Shown here: in pieces, positions 11,897-25,099 of the stretch | How the letters are laid out: every line of letters begins with the position of its first letter | Numbering within the stretch: position 1 is the stretch's first letter | Source: Obrimoposthia wandeli | Taxonomy: Eukaryota | Length of the DNA stretch: 64,000 bases | Direction: 5' to 3' | NCBI GenBank assembly: GCA_977020255.1 | Contig: CDROCS010000288.1 | Span: forward strand, 1,178,001 to 1,242,000 | Made by a program: the position numbers and the translations under genes | The notes under the pieces: model-generated | The model's input: the letters and a program-made list of their open reading frames with translations, nothing else | The model's database searches: none | Told to the model about the DNA's origin: nothing

Positions 11897-12572
11897 TTCT
11901 AAAATCCAAAGAAGAATATCCAAATGTCAGTGCAGCTTGTTGGGTAAGAAAGTTTTCTTCATCAATGGCATCCATCCAGCTGTCATCAGTCAGATGGATA
12001 TGGGATTGGCCGATTCCATTTAATCAGCAGTTGTTGCTTTACTGAATTGCAGGCAGCTTCATCTCAAACTCTGATTTGATCCATCCAGTCGTAGTTTGAG
12101 AGTTGAGTTTATGGCTCCAGAGCAGTGGTCTTGTCCTCAATCTGCTTGGGTAATAACATCCTCCCACTCATTGTTGGTAAGTTGAGTGGATGATACGGCT
12201 GCAGGCATAGAAACTGGAGAAGCGACACACGTGGTGATTTCCGTACCAAAAGCAGTTGTTGGCTCGAATCTAGAGCTGGAACATTTGAAGAATTGTGCAC
12301 CGAATGGATGATGGTCTACATCTTGTTGTTGGCTATGAAACTGGAGAGATGGGCCTGATGTTCAGCGAAGAACACCGGATACTCCTTGTTCTGCAAAACA
12401 GACATACATAATATACCTGTCCATAAAACCTTATCCGATAGTAAGCAGACATGGAATTATGGCAGGTTTCTCCTCCTTGTGGAACCAAAGCACCACATTA
12501 TGCTGGGAACAAGTGACAAAAGTCTATAAAAAATTAAAATCGAAGTTTTAAACATACAAGTATCCTACCATA
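11897..12572 (-). pseudogene. Spliced leader exons upstream of pPolB in copy 1 (ATG micro-exon, CxxC/His exon, acidic W..DF repeats)
   Basis: Homologous to 27552-28210 of copy 2. ACTATG|gtagga donor; a 50-nt intron at 11896-11847 joins in frame to PIQLG.GLS of pPolB. Confidence 0.6.
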
Positions 12573-13528
12573 GTAATATTTTTAAAATTCGATTATTGAA
12601 GAGAAATAATTGAGAGCTAATTTACTAAAATTTATGCACAAAAATTTATCCTATTATCTGAAATTATTATTTTTTATTTAATTTATTCGTCCAATTAGAA
12701 GGATGTTTTATTTACATATCAGATAATAGTAAAATAGAATTATACACTTTTTAGATGCACAATGTTCACCATGATCACGATATAAACAGAAAATATTACT
12801 TGGAATTTTTAATAAATAATCATTTGAAATATTAAAAATGTTTAATCTTAATTTTTTGAAAATACTTTTTTTTACGTCTTGTACTTTTTGCCTAATTTAC
12901 ATTTAATCGAAAACATAAAAATTCCATTTTCAATATTAAAATTAGATTTTATAAAAAATCCAAATTTCACAAAAACCTCTATGAAAATATTTAGTGAGCT
13001 ATAACTTAGTAAATTTACTCTTATAATCTAAAGACTTAAACGGGATATCTACATAAGCATTTTGAAAGTAAATTGAATAAATTATCTGTAACAATTTCGG
13101 GAGTATCATTTAATCATTTGTGATAATTTCATTTTATAAATAATGAAATGTAAAATAAAGTTGATTCTATTTATATAAATTTCTAAATAATTTTAATCCA
13201 ATTATATTCTATAAAATAAATTTATTTTAAAAAAATTATATATTTAATAAAAATTTAAAGATATGATATAAAAACACAAATATATTACTAAAAATATGTA
13301 TCAAAGTAATTTTTATTAACAACTAGCATTTATCAAAGTAATAAAAACAGTCATTAAACTATAGCTAAATATATCTATTTATACATTATACTTAATTTTA
13401 TTTTAAAATAGGTGACACCTTAAAATATATATTTAAATATTTATGATATAATAATTTAAATAAAATTCTCAAATGAAAAAAAAGAAAGACTAAAGGTTAT
13501 ATTTTATAATGCATATTTTTCGGATAAT

Positions 13529-13607
13529 ATTTCACACATGCACGATTTTAAAGGACATGGGTACCCTTCTTATGAGGTGTGGATTAGATCAGACACATCC
13601 ACCTACT
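13529..13607 (-). repeat. Right TIR of Maverick copy 1
   Basis: Reverse complement reads AGTAGGTGGATGTGTCTGATCTAATCCACACC...TCCTTTAAAATCGTGCATGTGTG. Confidence 0.88.
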
Positions 13608-16600
13608 GAGGTACAATATAAGTTTGTAAAAATAATGACAAAATTGTATATTTAACACATACTTTATTGATTTCATAATAATAATTATAAATTATATTTA
13701 ATCATAGTTCCGTAAATTTTCAAATATATAGAAAAAAATTAAAAGGTTATGTCCATGTGAAAACTAATTTAACTCTAATGCAAAGTTTGTTTGAAATAAT
13801 ATTATTTAATTAGGAAAATTTTACAAAATTCATATCGATACATTTCATATTCTTAAATAAATGTATTCATATATGCAGGATGACTGATAATTGGAGGAAT
13901 ATGCATATAAAAACTCCGTAAAATCTAAATGTATTTTCAGAAAATTTCACAAAACACCATTGCGTTTGCAGTTTAATTTAATTTAAAAGATTTTTGTAAT
14001 TTATTTTTTCTGAAATAGAAAATCCAATTAAAGAAATATTTATATGGATGAATTCAAGACAATTGAAGATGATTGAAATTAATTCTGGGCATATATTATT
14101 TAGATCGAAGAACAATATAAATATTGTTAAAGAAAACTTATACATTGGAGATACTTCATGTTATCGCTATGTCAGAAGTAGCAAATATACAAACCACACC
14201 CAGTCTAAGCTGTTCCAAGCGATCTGATTCTCGATAAGTTACTGCGGGGTTCTGAACCGACCAAATATACGTTCATGTCCCGATCGGTTATTTACCCGAC
14301 CATTTATCTCTTCAACTATCTCTTCTCAGGAGTTCTACCAAGCTGCCGTTGAGCTCCTAAATCCTCATCAGTCCAACTTCTTGGTCCATTCCGCCCAGCT
14401 CCTGGAGACAAAGCAAATTTAAAACGGAATTCAACGCTTAAACGACGCATCCAAACAAAACGTGCAATTGCATAATTATGCAAAGACCTCAAGATTGTTT
14501 TAACACAATGAGTGACGAAGTTCACTCCAACAATAAATATGATTTTCATGTTGGCAAAAAAACAGTGTATATGTATCAATTTTATATACATATTAGTAAT
14601 TAAAAATTTTATTAACTACAAGAGACTACGTTTAGTTGTTGATATTTGTTTTTAAGCAGACAATTATCTCCACTGTCCAAAGAGCGACTGACCGTACAAA
14701 GTATTGATTTATAGAAAATAAAAAAACTTACTAATATATATATATATATAGAAATTGTCAATTATTATCTGAAAGTAAACCTCTAAGTTATGCAGTGCTG
14801 AAAGCAATTTCTGGCAAGTGGATTGTTACGGTCAGTTACGCTAAACTATTGTCGGAAATTTTCATTTTAAGTGTCACTTAAGCATTGGATAATAGACAGG
14901 ATTGTCAGTGTGTAAACAAATATGCAAAGTCCTTTAGAATTCCAGGAATAAAAAACTCGGAAATGAAGTTTTCCTGACACAGTTGGAGCTCCCTCGGATA
15001 AATAATCCTGAACAATGCCCACACTGACGCTGACTGTAACGGAAGTTGATTCCTGTTTCCCAGAGACAATATCTCTGGGACATAAGCTTTGTCTGGACTC
15101 TGATTTTCAGAAGATTATTGAATTGTCTTCGCAAAAATATGTGGCTATAGTTTCTAGAAATAGAAAACAAAGTCGACTGGTAATTTCTATAATTAGTGAT
15201 CAAAATTGTCTGGAGAAGTTTGAAGAGCATTGAATTCTTTAACCTCTTTCATATTATTTAAAATAAAAGGAATTCTATTTCCGAATGAAATTTTTTATCA
15301 CAAATGCCTTTAATATTAATATTTGCTTAGAAAATACAGTCTGTTAAGAAATGATAAGAACTACTTCATTTTAATTGTCACATTAAAACTATTCGAATAA
15401 AAGTATTATTAAGAAACAGTAACTAACTTGGGATATGCACTGGTAAATTGGTATAATATTGCCGTGCAAAAATCCAAGTTTGGGTTTACTTTCAGTCATA
15501 GTAACTTGAGTTTTGTACTCACTATTTGCTTGTTTTCCACTCTCTGGTCTGTTCATCAAACTAATTCATCTGGATCTCTTCAATCCTAGCCACTTTGCTG
15601 GGCCATTTCAGCCATGTTTCAATAAAATCTATTTCTTTTAATCTTTTAGTTTCCATTTTTTAAACCTCAACAAGAAACTTTCTGTGCAATGTTTGATATA
15701 AGTAACTGCTTCCTAAATACAATCTTTTTCTAAATCGAGTCAATCCAGTTAAAATATTTTTTACTAACTGAGTAAAAATCCCCAAGGAATCTGTAGAATA
15801 TCACACTGCATATCATTCTACATCATTTCGTATCATTTTGACACCATCCGACACATTATCATACTGTTTTCCCTCTCCACCATATATTCTTTCCAATATT
15901 TCCATTGCAAAGTTATATGCTTCTACCAATAACAACAAACTTTCGATCAACTTTAGATGCTTACATTCCATACACTGACACAAATGAAGAAGCTGTCCCT
16001 GCCACATCAGTTCCACTGCTGCCAATCACATCAGACTGGAAGGGATATTTGCCTGCACCGCAGCTCAGATTCACCATCTCTAGCTGAAACATTCAAACCG
16101 GCATCAAGAGCTTTCCATTGTCGACATACTGATCTCATGATGTCTGGTAAGATCACGCTGCAGCAACCATGAATGTGATACAACTTCTTCATTAACTTCG
16201 CATTAAAAGAAATCACATCACACTATCTCCATTATCTCTAACCTGGTTCAGATTTGTTTATCGATACATCAAAAGTGTCACATACCTCGCATAATCATAT
16301 TATTATTTTTCACATGACTTTTTTCATTGTTCGTCCTAATCCTTGCAATCATTCTCTCAGTCAGAAATTTCACCAACATTCATTATCATAATTTTCACAC
16401 AAAACAACTTAAACCACTTCATATTACTCCAATCCTCTTCACAAAATCTATATAAGACGTCATCATTAAACGCAAAATACCTATTTATAACCGGTGCAGT
16501 TATTACATACATTGATAAAGAAACAAAACACTTAATCATATTGCTTAGCCACTGTTTGATCAATTTAAAATAAAAATTATAAACATTTTTGAGTGTGTTT

Positions 16601-18940
16601 GTGTTCTATACACATATTAAAACATTTTACAAATGCTTTAAATGCATTTGACTGACTCTAAATGATCAATTTTATTCAACATTTTCACTATTTAACAGAG
16701 GTATTTTTGGATAATAATCACAAGTTAAAAACAAATCCACTTTTTGAATATTACTATATTATTAAGATACTATTACAAACCAATTATTTGTCAGAATTAC
16801 ATAAAATAACCAAATGAGCCAACAATTTAGTGAACTCTGCCTTGTTTAATATTACGATAATAAACAATATAATGATGATCACACTACCCTATCTACTATC
16901 ACCTCACTTCTGAGATCCGTGAGTGATGGTTGAGTTGAGAAGTAGAATAATTAGATAATTTATGCCTCAAAAAGTGGGCTTTATACAGTTTTATTTGCCA
17001 AATGGATATCTGGTGCTCCGTCAGAAGGTAAGCTTCTTTCGATAAGATTTGAAATATCCAGATGAATGCTAATTATTTGATTATTAGACAATTGTGGTTC
17101 AGAACAGAAACTTTGTACTCCCGGCTTATTTGGACTTATTTAATGTTGAATTTTTAAATTCAAGTGCGATTGTGTTAAAACATTTGACGTTTTTGTAAAG
17201 TTTTAATTTGTCAATTGTCTGCTAAAATAAATTTGATAATGAACGATTTGTATGTTTAGTTTGAAATGGAATTAGAGTGATTTTAGTATTTTCAATTATT
17301 GTATTAATGGTCTAATTTTCAAAATTAATAAAAATTAATAAAAAATATTAAAAACCTTAAAGCAATAAATTTATATTCATTGTTGGTAATGATTTAACAT
17401 TTCTGATCTTTATGTCAAATCCAATAAATGAATACCCATAGCAAAATGCACACCTTGGGAAGAATTAAAAAAACAAATATTTTAAGATTCATACTTTTAC
17501 TTGCTGCAAGTCGTTTCTTTACCAAATAAATTTTATACACAACTAATGAGTTCAAAAGTAGTGTTTATGTTTCAGTGATATTGCACAAAATTCTATACGT
17601 ATACTCTGTGGCAGAGGAACAAAATACGGGTGAGAAGCTCAAATTAACTCTCATAAGAGTAGTTAGGAAAACAAACTACCTTGTACTAATACACACTTGT
17701 TTTGTTGACATTTTCCTAATATATTTCTATTGACATTTCCGTCAAACATCAATCTTAAGGGATCAAGTCGTAATTCTCTCGTAGCTCTTATAACTTCTGG
17801 GCCTTTATTTACATTTCAAAAGTCTTGAAAATGCAGCTCAGTAATTGAGGTTTACTTAAAGCATTAAATTCTGAAATCCGTATAATAATCCGACGAGGAT
17901 TGCAATTTCTATCACTGGATTCCGTAGACTGAAAATTGAAATTTATCTAAATACTTTAATTAGATACAACTAAAAATAAAAGGCCATTATTACTAAAAAA
18001 GGTGTAACTTTAATAATCAACTTTAATAATGAGATTCAAATATCAAAAAACAATCTATATGGTAAACATTAATATTTATTTATTGAAGGTATCAATCTTG
18101 CAGCCTACCAACAGTTCATATTTTTCTAGGGGCTGAAATGTGATTAAAATAATCAGTTCTTATCTAAACGATGAAACCATATGTGATTGATATCTCCAGG
18201 AAATTCATCCATCAACCGACTTCTGTAATTCATACTTATTTTCTTTATCGTCATCAAATAATGGTTGTGTTTCAAACACGATTCTTTTTATAAGCTTCAA
18301 ATGTTCGTGATTCGTGATCGACTCATAAATCTGCTTATATGTATGCCTGCTTGAATCGTATTGACTAATTATTTCATTGGTTGAAACCTAAAGCATATTA
18401 AAGGAGTGTACACTTTTGATAATTTTTGAATTATGAAGATTGGAAACATTAATTACAAAAGTTTTGTTAATTGTAATATAAGTCACTGTGGACAATGACA
18501 CAACAATTTTTCGTACTCACATGGATCGAAATCTCAAAAAGTATCTCGATTTTTATAAATTCGTCAATCTTCATTCTAAAATTTGATTGGATCAATTTTT
18601 TAAACAATTAGAATTCATCTCGTGCTATATAAACAATGCACTTTATTTTTTCTAATCAAAAATTAGAACTTCATTAAAAAAAGTCTTGAGTTAATTTTTA
18701 ACAAGAAAACCTTTACGAGCTAATATACTTTGATGTTTATATGGCTCCAAAGTTGATTATCGGGAAAATAAATATTCTCTATAAATACATTGTCAAGAAG
18801 TTTATTTGTTCGATTTAAATGAAACTTTTTTGTAATCAGATCAAGGTTATCTCAAGTCTAAAGATGTTTTTGATTGAATTAGAATAAACCGATTAAGCTG
18901 AAGTTGAAGGTTGAATAAACTGTAATAAATTTAATAACTA

Positions 18941-19003
18941 ATACATATATACATATACATATACATATACATATACGTATACATATACATATACATATAT
19001 ATA
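18941..19003. repeat. (ATATAC)n microsatellite
   Basis: Direct reading. Confidence 0.9.
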
Positions 19004-21011
19004 TGTCAGAATGTAATGATAGCTGTCAAGTAATGCAGAACAAATTAACTCGTACGAGGTCATGACCACATCAAATTATATAGGAGTAATATCTAGGTCA
19101 TTGAAATAATTGAAAAAAATCTTTTATGTGAGTTTTAAATTTAATGAACTTGAACTAAATTTAAATAAAAAAAATTATAAATTAAATTTGAATTAAATTA
19201 TTTTTTAAAAATTAACAAAATAAAATCTAATTGTAATAAATTTTACAAAACATAAAACCTTTTTTTATTTCAATTTAGCAAACCAAAATTTATATTGACT
19301 TAATCTCCAGATTAAAAAAAAATCTTAAATCGGGTTTCTCAATATTTGAAATCCCCACATATAGCAGAGTAAAGTGTCTGTTGCCAAACCTTAGAACATC
19401 GCCCCAGACGATATACTATCAGATCATCAGATCACAGGATATACTCCCTTGATCCAAACACACATCAAGCACAAATCATGGACAGTATATGATCTATGGT
19501 GATCTGTGTTGGGATCAGTGAATGCTGTTCTAAGATTATAACGTTTGAGAACGGATATTGTATTCTTCCAAGAAACCCCACTAAGAAAGGCTTGTAAAAT
19601 TTTTAATGGAAAAACCAGTAATCAATGAGAAATGTATGGTTAAATTTCTTAGAAAATATATATCAATCTTTGATGAATTTGTTTGATCTGCAGTACCATC
19701 AACTTGTAAATTGGCAACTATTAGTTCAAAATAGATGAGAATTAAAGTTGTGGGTTGACTCAAAAAATGAAATTTAAAACATAAATGATTTTTTATTGCA
19801 TTTAGCTTGATTACTTTATTGTTCAAACTTTGAATATATCTCTATATATGTTTTGTTTTAACTGTTTCTTTTCTGCTTTAATTTGTTGCTTTTCCACAGA
19901 ATAAAGTGTTATTTCAATAACTTTTCTTGTAACTTCAAATTATAATTCATGAATTCATATTCAAATATAAGATATTTTTGAAGAAAATAAGTGAAACACG
20001 ACAGTGAAATTTTCTCTTTCCTGAGGGTATTTGAGGCTGTTACATATTGAAGATTTCTGATTTAATGGTAATAAATTTCAATTTGGTTTTACTAATATTT
20101 TATTTATAAAATTTGGTTAATTTTTTTTTTCCAAAAAATTCACTTTTTGTAATATATAAATTACATCAAAAAGTTTATCATAAAGACCTATTAATTGACC
20201 AGCCTAGTCGTGAGCATACTTGATAATGTCATTTATATTCTCAAATGAAATGTAATACAGTGGTTTGTAGTCAGGATTGACATGTCTTTCAAGAAACATA
20301 TATAGCTCCATTGAAAGACATATCATAAAATAAAAATATCATAAACAACATTTCTAAAAATAACAAATCTACACTCATATTTTCAAAAAATACTATTCAT
20401 TTCTTGTTTTTTTTATCCTTTCATGCAGCACGTTTCGATTAATCTTTTTGAAAGATACATTTTATTTCTGAATTCGATTTAAGCGGTTCATGTATTTACA
20501 ATGAGTGGAAGCTGAGGCAATATGTGAAACAAGTTAGTTTTCATTTTATTTTCATTTTAAAATTTTCTAGGAAATTGTCGTTTTATAGGATGCAACACAC
20601 CACTGAAGGAAATAAATATATCATTAAGAAGTAGGTGGATGTGTCCGGTCTAATCCACACCCCTCCCCTCCACTGTCCTTTAAAACCGTGCATAGAGTGA
20701 AAATTCGTGCATGTGTGTGGAGTGAAATTTCGTATATGTGTGTCTCTATATATGTTTCCCCCCTCCCCCACATTTTTTTAAAATTTTTCTTTGAAATTTA
20801 CCATGAATCTCGAAAGTGGTTAGAGAAAACCACGGGAATCCATATTGGACCCGGCAGCTTATCGCAGACGAGATTTCAAATAATATATTACTACTATTTT
20901 TAAGAAAGATTACTACATGTTAAATATTTAGGTCAGAGAGAAAAATTAGATCTATATAATTTAGAGGAGAAAAAACAAAATACGAGTCAAAATTATTTTT
21001 CAAAACATTTA

Positions 21012-21417
21012 TTAAACATAAAACAACATATTGGCTTCACTCAAAGTCCAGAGAGGCTGCATTTTCCCGTCATCAGCAAAATATCCATTGAGACGTATTG
21101 AAATATTCCATAGTTCTTCATCTAGAATTGGAGCAATCAAATATCCTAGATCATCTTTAAAATCCAAACTGGGATCAGTTTCAAGCTGGAAACAATTTCC
21201 TTCATATATATAATCAGGAATGTAAAATCCCAAAATATTTTTTCAATTGATCAAAATCAGATGTTGTTAAAATTTCGATGAGATATTTATTCTCCACTTT
21301 TGATATTTTCACAGGATTCATAACTCGTATAATTTGATGCTTCTTTAATATATTACATAGTTTTCCTTTTGAAATTCTTTCTGGATAATAAAAATTTGCT
21401 ACACATCTCTTATCCAT
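21012..21417 (-). pseudogene. Maverick accessory ORF A (one frameshift near 21235), paralog of 21562-22014
   Basis: Joins ORF-track entries 21214-21513 (from MDKRCV) and 21012-21233; motif FKDDLG...WNISIRLNGY...QPLWTLSEA. Confidence 0.6.
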
Positions 21418-21561
21418 TCTAAAATAAGGAAACTGATTAAAAACAATGTTTATAACAAAAAAAACATATAAGATACAAATATTTAAAAAATAAAACTGAT
21501 TATTAATTGCCAAATGAAAGAAACATAGTAAAACCGATTACAATTTATTACATGAAAAAAG

Positions 21562-22014
21562 TTAAAACATAGAAATATGAGCACGTTCAATTTTCCACAT
21601 AGGCAACTTTGTTCCCATTTCATCTTTCTTGTAACCATAAAGTCGAATTGTTACAGTCCATTGCTTCTTTTTCGGAAACGCATCAATATCAACATATCTT
21701 CCATAGTCATCTAAAAATGCTTCATCGGGTCCTCGGATATAAAATTCGTCCTTATTGAAAGTAAAATTTTGAACTGCCTTTTCAACTTTCTGTTTAAGAT
21801 ATTGAAAATCTGGTTTTTGAATATTTGATAGATATTAACTGAACTTTCTTCTTTCAATTGTCACAGGATTTACTAAAGCAATCAGTTGAGCCTTCTTCAA
21901 GAATCTGACTTTGTATTTGAAATATTGTTTCACTTCTTCATACATATCCTTATCCGATTCTTCAAACATTTCTATATCTTCGTCATCGCTTAATACTCGT
22001 TGGCTATCGTCCAT
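21562..22014 (-). pseudogene. Maverick accessory ORF B (one in-frame TAA at 21835-21837), possibly an OB-fold ssDNA-binding protein
   Basis: The same frame continues past the stop: ...KFS*YLSNIQKPDFQ...FLDDYGRYVD...WTVTIRLYGY...LPMWKIERAHISMF. The function is an inference. Confidence 0.6.
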
Positions 22015-22044
22015 CGTTGATAATTGTCTTTGATATGAATGCAT

Positions 22045-22275
22045 TTACTGTGATTTGTCCTCCAATGGCGCATTCTTTTATACTAATTTCTAACAAAAAT
22101 ATGAATCACATTGGTTAATATAACAAAAGCATTCAATTTGATTGGACTAAATTTGATTGGAAGAGATATATCATCCAATTATAATAGGTTTGCAAGATAA
22201 TTACAAGAAACGTGCAATAAAAAAGCAGTTTCAAACATATATAAAGAAGATTTTACAGAATACAATTTTAGTCTA
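22045..22275. promoter_or_regulatory. Candidate bidirectional promoter
   Basis: Lies between divergent ORFs; TATA-like GTATAAAAG on the minus strand (~22074-22082), TATATAAAG on the plus strand (~22238-22246), and several ATTGG/CCAAT boxes between them. Confidence 0.45.
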
Positions 22276-22731
22276 ATGAAACTCGTAAATATAAATTATA
22301 AAGGTAGAACAGAAGATGATGTTTCGTACTTACCATTCAATAAATGGAAGCCGAGACAATATGTGGAAAAGGTTGACAATTTCACAGTTGTTATTTTTGA
22401 AATGAAGAAAATACAAAGAAGCATACCCTATTTTAAAGCTTTAGTCAAAGCCTCTTCTCGTAAGAGAATGATTATTCTTAAAGCATTTCCATCTTTTGTT
22501 GTAGATGATTTATTGGAAGTTTTGTATAATATAGTTTTGGGTAGAGTAAAAGTTAGAAAACGGAAAAATGTATTAAAGAAATATAGAAAAGCTTTTCTAG
22601 ATATTGTTAATGTAAAAAGTAAAAAAAGGAAACGAAATATTATTCTTAAACAGAATGGTGGTTTCAAAGGGGCTGTTATTCCAGTTGTTGCTTCAATTAT
22701 CAGTAGTATTATAGCTGCGACACGTTCATAA
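22276..22731 (+). CDS. Small basic Maverick core protein (PW-like); the probable start is the internal MKKIQR
   Basis: Basic helical protein ending ILKQNGGFKGAVIPVVASIISSII, matching the recalled Polinton pattern LxQxGGFL..L.P. Confidence 0.7.
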   Translation: MKLVNINYKGRTEDDVSYLPFNKWKPRQYVEKVDNFTVVIFEMKKIQRSIPYFKALVKASSRKRMIILKAFPSFVVDDLLEVLYNIVLGRVKVRKRKNVLKKYRKAFLDIVNVKSKKRKRNIILKQNGGFKGAVIPVVASIISSIIAATRS

Positions 22732-22817
22732 ACAATTATTTATAAAATCAGCTAAAAATATGGGTGCTAACCCTTCTTTATCTAAATTTAAATTTTCTTT
22801 CTATTAAAATTGTTGTA

Positions 22818-23844
22818 ATGGAAAAGATATGGTTCAATCCAAAAGATCCAATTGGCTACACAGGAGTTTCAAAATTATCAAAAAGAACAAAACAAAATTA
22901 CAAGAAAACGCAGAAATGGTTGAGCAACCAGTTAGCCTACAGTCTGAACAAGCCGATGAGAAGAAGGTTTCCAACTAGAGCTTACAAAACCAGCGGTCCT
23001 AATAATTTATGGCAAATGGATTTGATGGAGATGATCCCATATTCTTTTATTAATAAGGGATATCGATATATTTTAACATGTATTGATGTATTTAGCAGGT
23101 TTGCTCGTGTAATTCCAGTTAAAGCAAAGTCTTCAATAGCTATGCTTGAAGCCATTAAAGAAATATTAAAAGAGGACATTCCACAAAATGTGCAAACTGA
23201 TTTAGTAAAAGAATTTTATAATAAGCAAGTTCAATTATTATTTAAACAAAATAATATAAATCACTACTCTGTATTTTCACAGTACAAAGCAGCAGTAGTA
23301 GAAAGATTTAATTGTACTTTGAGAGATCGACTAAAAAAGTATTTCACAAAAGAATGAAATAAAAAATGGGTCCAAGTTTTAACTAAAATAATACATGCAT
23401 ATAATCACTCTGAACATAGAAGTCTCAAGGGAATGAGACCTGTTGATGTTACTAATAAAAACTCTATGGATATTTGGATAGACAGGAATAAAAAAGAAAA
23501 TATTAAAAGAGCTAAATATAAGAAAAACGAATATGTTCGAATTTCTAAAATTAGCTCTACTCCATTTATTAAACATTTTGATGAATTGGAGCGATGAAAT
23601 ATTTTGTATAAGTAAAATTGATCAAAAGAGTAATCCAATAATGTATACTATTAAAGATGCTGACAATAATATCGTTCACAGTAAATTTTATGAGCAAGAA
23701 CTACAAGTAATATCAAATAAACCTAGCGTTTTCCGTATTCAAAAAATATTAAAATCTAAGGGTACAGGTAAACATAAACAATACTTTGTTAAATGGCATG
23801 GTTATTCAGACCCAACTTGGATATCAGCATCTAATATAATATAA
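22818..23844 (+). pseudogene. Maverick integrase (rve DDE plus C-terminal chromodomain), disrupted
   Basis: WQMDL, LTCIDVFSR, VQTD..KEF, KAAVVERFN, HAYNHS.HR..GMRPVDV, YFVKWHGY..PTWI; in-frame stop at 23355-23357 and a frameshift near 23590. Confidence 0.93.
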
Positions 23845-23849
23845 AGTCT

Positions 23850-24890
23850 ATGTATATGGTTTTACCTAGTAACAGATGTCCGAAGACTCAACCAGATAAT
23901 TACGCTAGTAGCTTTATTATCGATTGGGATAAATCTCCAAGGAAAATGGAAAGCGGCTTTAACAGCGGCTTCTCCAATTACTATCAGAAAAATCTCACAT
24001 ATTTCGTTTACAAAAGAAGTTGATCATGAAAAATCAATTGAAGTTGTGATCGGGTTTAATAGTAAAGGAAAATTCTATTACAATTGTATAGATAAAGAAG
24101 TGAAAGTTATATATGAAAAAAACAAAGTCAGATTTAAAAATCGAATAAAACATTTTAAACCTATTCAAATTATATTCGAATCTGGAAAAGAAGCTCTTCA
24201 ATTCGCTGTTGACAGTGGACATGTAGTAGGTATGAAGAGATCTGATATAGCCTCATCTAAATCGGTTAAAAATGTTCCTGGTAGAGTAACAAGAGTGTTT
24301 TTAGTTGAAATGAGACCAAAGTATGTAGTGGAACTGAAAATGTTTTCAAAAGATTATAAAATAGATAGTGAACTAATTTCTGTTAATTAATACAGAAGGA
24401 ATGTAGAGAATATTTGTATAAATGTGAAACATTAAAAAATGGTAAAATAACGTTAACAGTAAAGAGCAATATAAAACGAGTTTTATTTGATAATAAACTC
24501 GCTAAAAACCTTGGTTTAAACAGAAATACCTTTGAAACCAATACAATAAAAACCATCAAAGCTAAAAATAAGGCAAAACTTTTACATGCTGTTAATCATT
24601 TATATATTTATACTAATTTAATAGAACCAACGCTTGTAGGAGGACAGCGAGTTCCACTTTTGAGAACAATATGGATATCTAAAAATGAAACTAGAGATGG
24701 GGATACTGTCGGTATGTGTATAGATCAACCAATGTATCTTCCAGTTTCTCTCTTTTCTATAAAAAATATTGAAGTAAATATTAGAGATGATTCCGGGCAA
24801 CTAATAGATTTCACGTACGGGTCTAAGACAAGTTTAACAATACATTTAAGAAAACAAAATGGCGAATCCAGCAATAATGGAAGCTTATAG
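23850..24890 (+). pseudogene. Maverick minor capsid (penton-like), disrupted
   Basis: MYMVLPSNRCPKTQPDNYASSF...YIYTNLIEPTLVGGQRVPLLRTI...PMYLPV...IEVNIRDDSG. Confidence 0.85.
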
Positions 24891-24957
24891 ACAAAGCCAA
24901 CAAGGTGGAGAATTACCATATTTTGTTGGTAAACAATATGGATCTGGCTGGCTTAGA
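24859..24957 (+). pseudogene. PZ-like core protein N-terminus, truncated by a deletion
   Basis: MANPAIMEAYRQSQQGGELPYFVGKQYGSGWLR, followed by an abrupt switch to MCP sequence. Confidence 0.7.
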
Positions 24958-25097
24958 ATTTAATATTAATGGTTCCAATAGCGAATATTAAGATTTGAAT
25001 GATACCTTGCTTTATGTTCAAATAAAAGTATTAAATCGTGATGGTACTAATTTAGAGGAAAATGCCAATGTAACACCTGTAAATTATCTCTTTAATT
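24953..25097 (+). pseudogene. Internal MCP fragment between two deletion junctions
   Basis: LEFNINGSNSEY*DLNDTLLYVQIKVLNRDGTNLEENANV; homologous to 8575-8712. Confidence 0.75.
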
Positions 25098-25099
25098 GT

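Larger units (their letters stand above)
4191..13607 (+). mobile_element. Maverick/Polinton copy 1, decayed and internally deleted, with nested insertions
   Basis: Inverted termini AGTAGGTGGATG.GTC.G.TCTAATCC at 4191 and (reverse complement) 13607. Flanks GAGAAA/GAGGTA match at 4 of 6 (possibly an eroded TSD). Contains integrase, minor capsid, PZ-like, major capsid and pPolB remnants collinear with copy 2. Confidence 0.88.

Noticed and set aside
15500-16600. Possible RTE/LINE endonuclease remnant on the minus strand
   Set aside because: Only vague motif echoes (VSVYG, FVVIG, HRKFLV) among many stops; not supportable without a profile search.
17650-18400. Protein-like minus-strand segments (e.g. 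GPEVIRATRELRLDPLRLMFDG; ESITNHEHLKLIKRIVFETQPLFDDDK)
   Set aside because: Interrupted by stops, no recognisable family, and no coherent exon chain.
19411-19535. Short imperfect inverted repeat (CTTAGAACA...TGTTCTAAG)
   Set aside because: Pairing is patchy and no TSD is evident, so it cannot be called a MITE.
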